This document shows, one piece after another, positions 57,446-64,000 of a DNA stretch of 64,000 nt. How positions within the stretch are numbered: the stretch's first letter is position 1; the number at the start of each line of letters is the position of its first letter. This DNA comes from an uncultured delta proteobacterium (lineage in GTDB: Bacteria; Desulfobacterota; Binatia; Bin18), in the NCBI GenBank assembly GCA_963733195.1, contig CAVTCR010000062.1:288001-352000 (forward strand), read 5' to 3'. Position numbers and translations under genes: made by a program. The notes beneath the pieces were generated by a model. That model did not search any database. It had not been told where the DNA came from and saw nothing but the letters and a program-made list of their open reading frames with translations.

Positions 57446-59861
57446 ATGTCCACTCACACCTCTACAGTCGGCATGTCGCGCAAGCTGGCGGCGATCTTCA
57501 GCACCGATGTCGCGGGCTACAGCCGTCTCATGGGGGACGATGAAGAAGCGACTATCCGTACCCTCACGGCCTATCGTGAAGTGATCTCCTCTCTGATCCA
57601 ACACTACCGGGGCCGCGTGGTCGATTCTCCCGGTGATAATCTGCTGGCCGAGTTTGCCAGTGTGGTCGATGCCGTGCGTTGCGCGGTTGAGATTCAGCAA
57701 GAACTCAAGAGTCAAGAACGCCGAGTTACCTGACCACCGGCAGATGCAGTTTCGCATTGGCATCAACCTGGGCGATGTGATTGTCGAAGGCGAGCGACTC
57801 TATGGCGATGGCGTCAACATCGCCGCGCGGCTGGAAAGTCTAGCGATCCCGGTGGGATCTGCATCTCCGGCACGGTCTACGACCAAGTCGAGAACAAACT
57901 GCCGCTCAACTACGAATATCAGGGTGAGCAGACGGTGAAGAACATTGCCAAGCCGGTGCGGGTGTATCGGGTGGTGATGGACGAAGCCGAAGCACCCTAG
58001 CAGAGCGATTCGGCAAGTCAAAAGGCAAAGAGCGTCAGACAACAGTCCAGTGCAGACCCAAGCCTCAAGAGCGTAGGGCGGGCTTTGCCGCGCCGAAAAG
58101 GGTACGATGGTGGCAGTGGCGGCTGCTGCTCATCGCGGCGCATATCGTGACTGTTCGGTATTCTTTCTCCGTCCCCTACTCAGTCCTCAGCCCTCAGTCA
58201 CTCAGTTACTCAGAGCCGCAGCCGCGGCGCTTCCGCTACCCGACAAACCCTCCATCGTCGTCTTGCCCTTCGTCAACATGAGCAAAGACCCTGACCAAGA
58301 GTACTTCAGCGATGGCCTCACCGAAGTGCTGACCGGCGATCTCTCCAGCATTTCCAGTCTCTTTGTCATCGCCCGCAACTCCGCCTTCACTTACAAAGGC
58401 AAGGCGGTGAAATGCAAGACATCAGGAAAGAGCTGGGCGTGCGCTATGTGCTCGAAGGCAGCGTGCAGAAGGCCGGCCAGCAGGTGCGCATCGTCGCACA
58501 GTTGATCGACACGACGACAGACAGTCACCTGTGGTCCGAGCGGTACGATCGGCCATTCAAAGATATCTTTGCCCTGCAAGACGAGATCGTGCAGAAGATC
58601 GTGACCACGCTGAAACTGCAACTCACCTTGCAGGAGCAAGGGTACATGCGTGCGCAAACATACGGACAACTTGGAAGCTTACGATGCCTTCTTGCGTGGG
58701 ATGGAGTATTTTCTGCCGCACCACGAAAGAGGCCAATATCCAGGCGCGGCAGATGTTTGAGAAAGCTATTGCCCTGGACCCACAGTATGCCGAGGCGTAC
58801 GCGGTGCTGGGTTGGACCTACTGGCAGGAGTGGGTCTTGCGCTGGAGTGCAGATCCTCAGAACTTAGAGCGAGCGTTAGCGCTGGCGCAACAGGCTATTG
58901 CCCTAGACGACTCCCTGCCTGGAGCCCATTCGGCTCTTGAGCTAATGTCTATAGGCGAAACAGCAGTATGACCAGGCCATCGCAGAAGGGGAACGGGCCA
59001 TCGCCCTCGATCCCAACAATGCCGACAGCTATGCAAGTCAGGCGACTGGCGCTGAACTTCGCGGGCCGGCCCGAAGAAGCCCTGCGGGCGGTGGAGCAGG
59101 CGATGCGTCTCAATCCCCGCTATCCGCTTCTGGTACTTATTCGACATGGGCTTGCCTACCGCTTGACCGGGCGGTATTCCAAGGCGATCGCCACCCTGAA
59201 GGAAGCCATCAGCCGGAACCCCAATTTTATGCCTGCCCACACTAACCTGGCTGGCCAGCTACTGGTTGCAGTGGCTCTCTCAACAAAGCCCCGCTGCCCA
59301 GACGTTGGAGCTGGCTGGAGGCGGTCGCAACGGGCCCTGGCCCTCAATGACTCCTGGTACTGGGTCCACATATTCTTAGGCTATCTATCTCTGTACCAGC
59401 AGCAGTATGAACAGGCGCTGGCGGAAATGGAGCGGGCTGTAGCCCTCGCTCCTACCGAGGCAGAGAGCTATGCGGCGCTGGCGGAGGTGCTGAGCCGTAT
59501 GGGCAGGACGGAGGACGCCCTGGAGGCTGCAGCACAAGCGCTGCGCCTGAAGAACGAGTTTGCGGACGATCACTTAGGCAGCGTCGGCACCGCCTATGCG
59601 GTGTCCGGGCGCTATGACGAGGCGCGAGCCCCCTTGCAGCGCTATCTCAGCCGCTACCCCAACATACTGCATATTCACCTCATGCTGGCAGTGGTCTACA
59701 GCGAGTTAGGCCAAGCCGCCGAGGCGCGGGCGGAGGTTGCCGAAGTCCTGCGGCTCAATCCCAAGTTCTCACTGGAAGTGCACAAGCAGCGAATGCCGAT
59801 CAAAGATCCAGCCGTGTTAGAGCGGCATATTGCGGCGTTACGTAAGGCGGGGCTCAAATGA
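57446..59861 (+). CDS. class III nucleotidyl cyclase-TM-TolB-like-TPR protein, copy 2 (multiple frameshifts)
   Basis: Same motifs as copy 1, with long near-identical DNA stretches. Confidence 0.9.
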
Positions 59862-59959
59862 ATGAAGAATGAAGAGTAAAAAGTGAAGAGTGAAGAATGC
59901 TGAATGAAGAGTGAGGAATGATAAATGAGGGCGGAGGAGCGGGTGTCTGAGTGCGCGAA

Positions 59960-60274
59960 ATTGGTTGAGAATACGGAGCGACGCGCTACTATTTGAAGGA
60001 GCACCTCTCGCATACGCTCATAAACCGTGACGCCTGTGACCCCAGAAAGATGACAGTGATGCTTGCCTGCATCCATCTGGTAAATAACACGGTAATGGGA
60101 GACGCGGAGCGACCAGAGGCCGGCCAGTTCTTCTATGCGAGCGGTTTGCCTATTCACCGGATGACTTGCCAGGTCATCGAGCGCCTGACGGATCGAGCGC
60201 TTTAAGTCCGGATGCAGATGGCGAAGAAGCTGTTCGAGCGAGTTGTCGTAAGAAAAACAGGAACGCGTTCTCAT
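59960..60274 (-). CDS. RelE/ParE-family toxin (frameshifted, 3' end approximate)
   Basis: LHPDLKRSIRQALDDLASHP...ELAGLWSLRVSHYRVIY; ATGA overlap with the antitoxin stop. Confidence 0.75.
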
Positions 60275-60535
60275 TCTTTGAAAGCGTCTTCAAGACGAAC
60301 GACTCGACCAGCTTTCACATCTTGCAGTCCTGCTTTGATACCACGCAGCATTTTGGTGTCCGCCAGGATTTCAATGGTTTCTAACAACCCAGCGAAATCC
60401 TCGTAGCTGAGCAATACCGCCTTTGGCAGCCCATTTTGGTGAGCACAACTTCTCGCGGCTTTCTTCTACTTGACGGAGTAATTCGAGGAGTCTGGTTTTT
60501 GCTGATGAGATAGGGACATGCTTTTCGATCATCAT
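60271..60535 (-). CDS. Phd/YefM-family antitoxin (frameshifted)
   Basis: Manual translation MMIEKHVPISSAKTRLLELLRQVEE..VVLTK.GLPKAVLLSYEDFAGLLETIEILAD...D.KAGRV. Confidence 0.85.
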
Positions 60536-60603
60536 GAAGCTACTCTAGAAAAAGGGCGGCATTTTGTCCACCACGCATGACAACTCTACGATTCCTCGCA
60601 CGA

Positions 60604-60633
60604 TTGACAACTGTGAGGCGCCAGCCGGATAAT
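60604..60633 (+). promoter_or_regulatory. sigma70-like promoter, cyclase 3
   Basis: TTGACA-N18-GATAAT. Confidence 0.7.
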
Positions 60634-60655
60634 CCCCTGCCAGAGAGGAGAAGCG

Positions 60656-62659
60656 ATGGCTGACCAGACGCCCGCAGTCGGGATGGAACGCAAGCTGGCG
60701 GCGATCTTCAGCACCGATGTCGCGGGCTACAGCCGCCTCATGGGCGACGATGAAGAAGCCACCATCCGTACCCTCACCGCTTATCGTGCACTGATCTCTT
60801 CTCTGATCCAACACCACCGTGGCCGCGTGGTCGATGCGCCGGGTGATAATCTTGCTGGCCGAGTTTGCCAGTGTGGTCGATGCCGTGCGCTGCGCGGTTG
60901 AGATTCAGCACGAACTCAAAGAGAAGAACGCCGAGTTACCTGATCACCGGCAGATGCAGTTTCGTATCGGCATTAATCTGGGCGATGTGATCGTCGAAGG
61001 CGATCGACTCTATGGCGATGGGGTCAACATCGCCGCGCGGTTGGAAAGTCTGGCGATCCCTGGTGGGATCTGTATCTCCGGCACGGTCTATGACCAAGTC
61101 GAGACCAAACTGCCTCTGAATACGAATATCAAGGCGAGCAGACAGTGAAGAACATCGCCAAGCCGGTGCGGGTCGTATCGGGTGGTGATGGACGAAGCCG
61201 AAGCCAACAGTCAGAGAATCGGCAAATCAAAAGGTCAAGAAGGTAAAAGCTTGTCCTGCCTGCGCCAGGCCGCAGGCCGTGAGCGGAGTCGAAGGGTCAA
61301 AAGTTGAGACGTAGGGCGGGCTTTGCCCGCCGCAAAGGGGCGATGGTGGCTGTGGCTGGACTGTTGCTGCTTGCAGGAGCAATCGTCACCGCCCGTTATT
61401 TCTCTTTTCCACTCTTCACTCATCACTCTTCACTCATCACTGAGGAGGCGCAGCCTCCGTCGCTGCCGTTGCCCGACAAACCTTCCATAGTCGTGCTGCC
61501 CTTCACCAACATGAGTGACGACCCCGAACAAGAATATTTCAGCGACGGCATCACAGACAACCTCACCACTGACCTCTCGAAGATCTCCGGCCTGTTCGTC
61601 ATCGCCCGCAATTCCGCTTTCACCTACAAGGGCAAAGCGGTGAAGGTGCAAGACGTCGGGCGGGAGCTGGGAGTGCGCTACGTGTTGGAGGGCAGCGTAC
61701 AGAAAGCTGACAATCGGGTGCGGATTACCGCCCAGTTGATCGAGGCGACGACCGGTGGGCATCTGTGGTCCGAGCGATATGACCGGGCGCTCAAGGATAT
61801 TTTTGCTCTGCAAGATGAGGTCATCCAGAAGATAGTCGTAGCGCTGAAGGTCAGCTGACGCAGGGGGAGCAAGAGCGATCTGTGCGCAGAACACACGGAC
61901 AACCTCGAAGCCTATGACTACTTCTTGCGCGGGAGGACATATTATTTGCGGATACACCAAAGAGGCCAATGCCCAGGCACGGCAGATGTTCGAGAGAGCC
62001 ATTGCGCTGGACCCGGAGTATGCCGAGGCGTACGCATTCCTGAGCTTTGACCTACTGGATAGAGTGGATCTGGCAATGGAGTCAGAATTCTCCGCAATCG
62101 CTGGAGCGATTTACTGAACTGGCGCATCAGGCCATTGCCTTGGATGATTCCCTGCCTCTCTCCCACGTTGTCTTGGGCTATGTCTATCTGTGGAAAGACC
62201 GACAGTATGAGCAGGCCATCGCCGAGTTACAGAAGGCTGTGAGCCTGGCTCCCAACGATGCCGATGTGTATTGGGCGCTGGCAGAGGGGCTTAATATGGC
62301 AGGGCGTCATGCGGAAGCCTTGGAGCCGATCCAAAAGGCGATGCGCCTCAATCCCCATTATCCAGCCAACTACCCATTCAATTTGGGATGGGCTTATCAG
62401 GAGACAGGGCAGATCGAGGAAGCGATTGCTGCGTACAAGAGAGCGGTCAACCTCAACCCCGATTTTCTCGCCAGCCACCCAGTTGGCTGCGCTCTATAGT
62501 GAGTTAGGCCGAGAAGAGGAGGCGCGGGCGGAGGCGGCAGAAATTCTGCAGATAAGTCCCAATTTCTCAGTGGAGGAGTATCAGGCAGAACAATCCCTAT
62601 ACAGACCAAGCACGGGTAGAGCGCTTCGAGCTGACCTGCGCAAGGCGGGGCTCAAATAA
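60656..62659 (+). CDS. class III nucleotidyl cyclase-TM-TolB-like-TPR protein, copy 3 (shorter, divergent TPR region; frameshifts)
   Basis: Same cyclase and TolB-like motifs, LRKAGLK end, about 400 nt shorter. Confidence 0.9.
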
Positions 62660-62821
62660 TGCAGAATGATAAAAATGAAGAGTGAAGAATGAAGAACGGG
62701 TGCCGAGTAGGCTATTGATTTCTCTTTCGTCGGCTATTGATCGCTGTTCATACCATGGCAGATTTTTGAGCGCATGAGAATAGGATTTCGCTGGATACAA
62801 GATAGTCCGTTTTGAAGCCTT

Positions 62822-63397
62822 TTATGCTTCAAAATCGACCTTGGCGTAGATTTCAGACAAAGCGATCTCGCATCCGATAGCTCGTAAGGCAATGAACGCA
62901 TCAAGGCCGGATGTGTCTGATAAGAGCCATGAGACGTCAGAGTGTCGAACATAATGCACGATATGAGCTTTTTCTTGAGACACGAGCAAATACTCTTGTA
63001 GCGAGGGAATAGTGCGATAGTGCTCGAGCTTTCGTCCGCGATCATAGTCTTCAGTAGACTGAGAAAGCACTTCGACAAGAATAGTCGGATTAAGGAGGGT
63101 GTCTCCCATCGTGTCTTCAAACTCGGGCTCTCCACATACCACAACTACATCAGGATAGGTGTAGAGCCCCGTCGGACTGACTTTCACTCGCATGTCACTC
63201 GTGTAGACTTCACAGGGTCGATGACGGAGTTGTGCACGCAGTTCTGCGCCAAGGTTGAGAGAGATGAGGTTGTGCCGCCGACTTGCACCGGACATGGCAA
63301 ACATCTCTCCAGCAAAGTATTCGCTTTTACCTGGTGCCTCTCGCTCCAAGGCGAGATAGGCTTCGGGTGTCAGCAACTCTTTTTTTTGTACTGACAT
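62822..63397 (-). CDS. Uma2-family (DUF820) PD-(D/E)xK endonuclease-like protein
   Basis: EYFAGEMFAMSGAS..H, YTYPDVVV, VEVLS.ST..YDRG.K..Y..IPSL.EYLLVSQ. Confidence 0.92.
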   Translation of the reverse strand: MSVQKKELLTPEAYLALEREAPGKSEYFAGEMFAMSGASRRHNLISLNLGAELRAQLRHRPCEVYTSDMRVKVSPTGLYTYPDVVVVCGEPEFEDTMGDTLLNPTILVEVLSQSTEDYDRGRKLEHYRTIPSLQEYLLVSQEKAHIVHYVRHSDVSWLLSDTSGLDAFIALRAIGCEIALSEIYAKVDFEA

Positions 63398-63434
63398 AGA
63401 CAACTCCAGTGAAGCAAACAGCTAACATCTGCCG

Positions 63435-64000
63435 TCATGGTCGAATCTCGTAAAACGCCTGCGCCAGATGTTCGATCGGTAAGCGACGGATACGAGTGAA
63501 GCCGGCTTGCTCCGCGAGTTCACGAATTTTCGTTGGTCCGATTGCGGTGCCAATCCCCTCTCCCCCATGCGCCAAAGAGACAGTCATGCAGTGTAACGTA
63601 CTCATCGAGTACATCATCGCACCCATGGGTCCCATGTTCTCAGCAAGCGTATCTCCAGCTCGCGGCTCAACCATAAAGTAGGTACCGTCATCAGCGAGGG
63701 CTCGACGGATGGAGCGCAGCACGCCACGAGGATCAACCATATCGTGGATCGCGTCAAAGGAGGTGATGACATCGAACTTCGGATTATCCGGCAGTGCTGT
63801 TGCTGAGGCGCGCTGAAATTCGACACGGTCAGCGACACCCTTGCGTTGCGCATCAGAGCGCGCCCGTGCAAGCGATTCCTCACTGACATCAAAACCGTAA
63901 AAGCGTGACTGCGGAAACGCCTGTGCCATGAGAATACTCGGATATCCACTGCCACAGCCGACATCTGCAGCTATCCCACCTTCTTGTAAGCGTGTCATGA
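63435..64000 (-). CDS. class I SAM-dependent methyltransferase, 3' part
   Basis: DVGCGSG, GFDVS, FDAIHDM.DP, S.LHCMTVSLA.GG.G.G, AGF. Confidence 0.88.
   Translation of the reverse strand, partial: MTRLQEGGIAADVGCGSGYPSILMAQAFPQSRFYGFDVSEESLARARSDAQRKGVADRVEFQRASATALPDNPKFDVITSFDAIHDMVDPRGVLRSIRRALADDGTYFMVEPRAGDTLAENMGPMGAMMYSMSTLHCMTVSLAHGGEGIGTAIGPTKIRELAEQAGFTRIRRLPIEHLAQAFYEIRP

Noticed and set aside
54000-62659. Pycsar/CBASS defence system
   Set aside because: The architecture is the common signalling cyclase-TolB-TPR type, and no cNMP-binding effector gene is adjacent.

Overview
Bacterial chromosomal window from an LPS-containing (diderm) organism. Gene content and repeat style suggest a Deltaproteobacteria/Binatota-like metagenome assembly (inference). 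Many genes carry 1-nt indels that look like long-read errors. In order: two tandem ArnT-like glycosyltransferases, short mutY, methionine gamma-lyase, an outer-membrane barrel divergent from a czcCBA-type efflux operon, and a secreted repeat-domain protein. Next is a clean housekeeping block (kdsB-pyrG-kdsA-lptCAB-rpoN-ptsN-rapZ-HPr-metK-ahcY-amidase-glnD-xerD), then a decayed integron remnant with LLM and MetE-like genes. After that come ADH, meaB, enoyl-CoA hydratase, VWA, chdC/hemQ, a double-length uvrA, a CNNM/TlyC gene, a four-helix-bundle (IVS/Avd-like) gene and a 2-oxoacid/acetoin dehydrogenase E1a-E1b-E2 operon. The window ends with three class III cyclase-TM-TolB-TPR paralogs interleaved with toxin-antitoxin genes. 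The most striking unexplained signal is a pervasive set of short 7-8-mer tandem arrays of many different sequences. They often occur as inverted pairs that are either empty or, once, enclose the four-helix-bundle gene in a 36-bp stem. They also sit inside flexible protein linkers, with a different array at the same position in each cyclase paralog.
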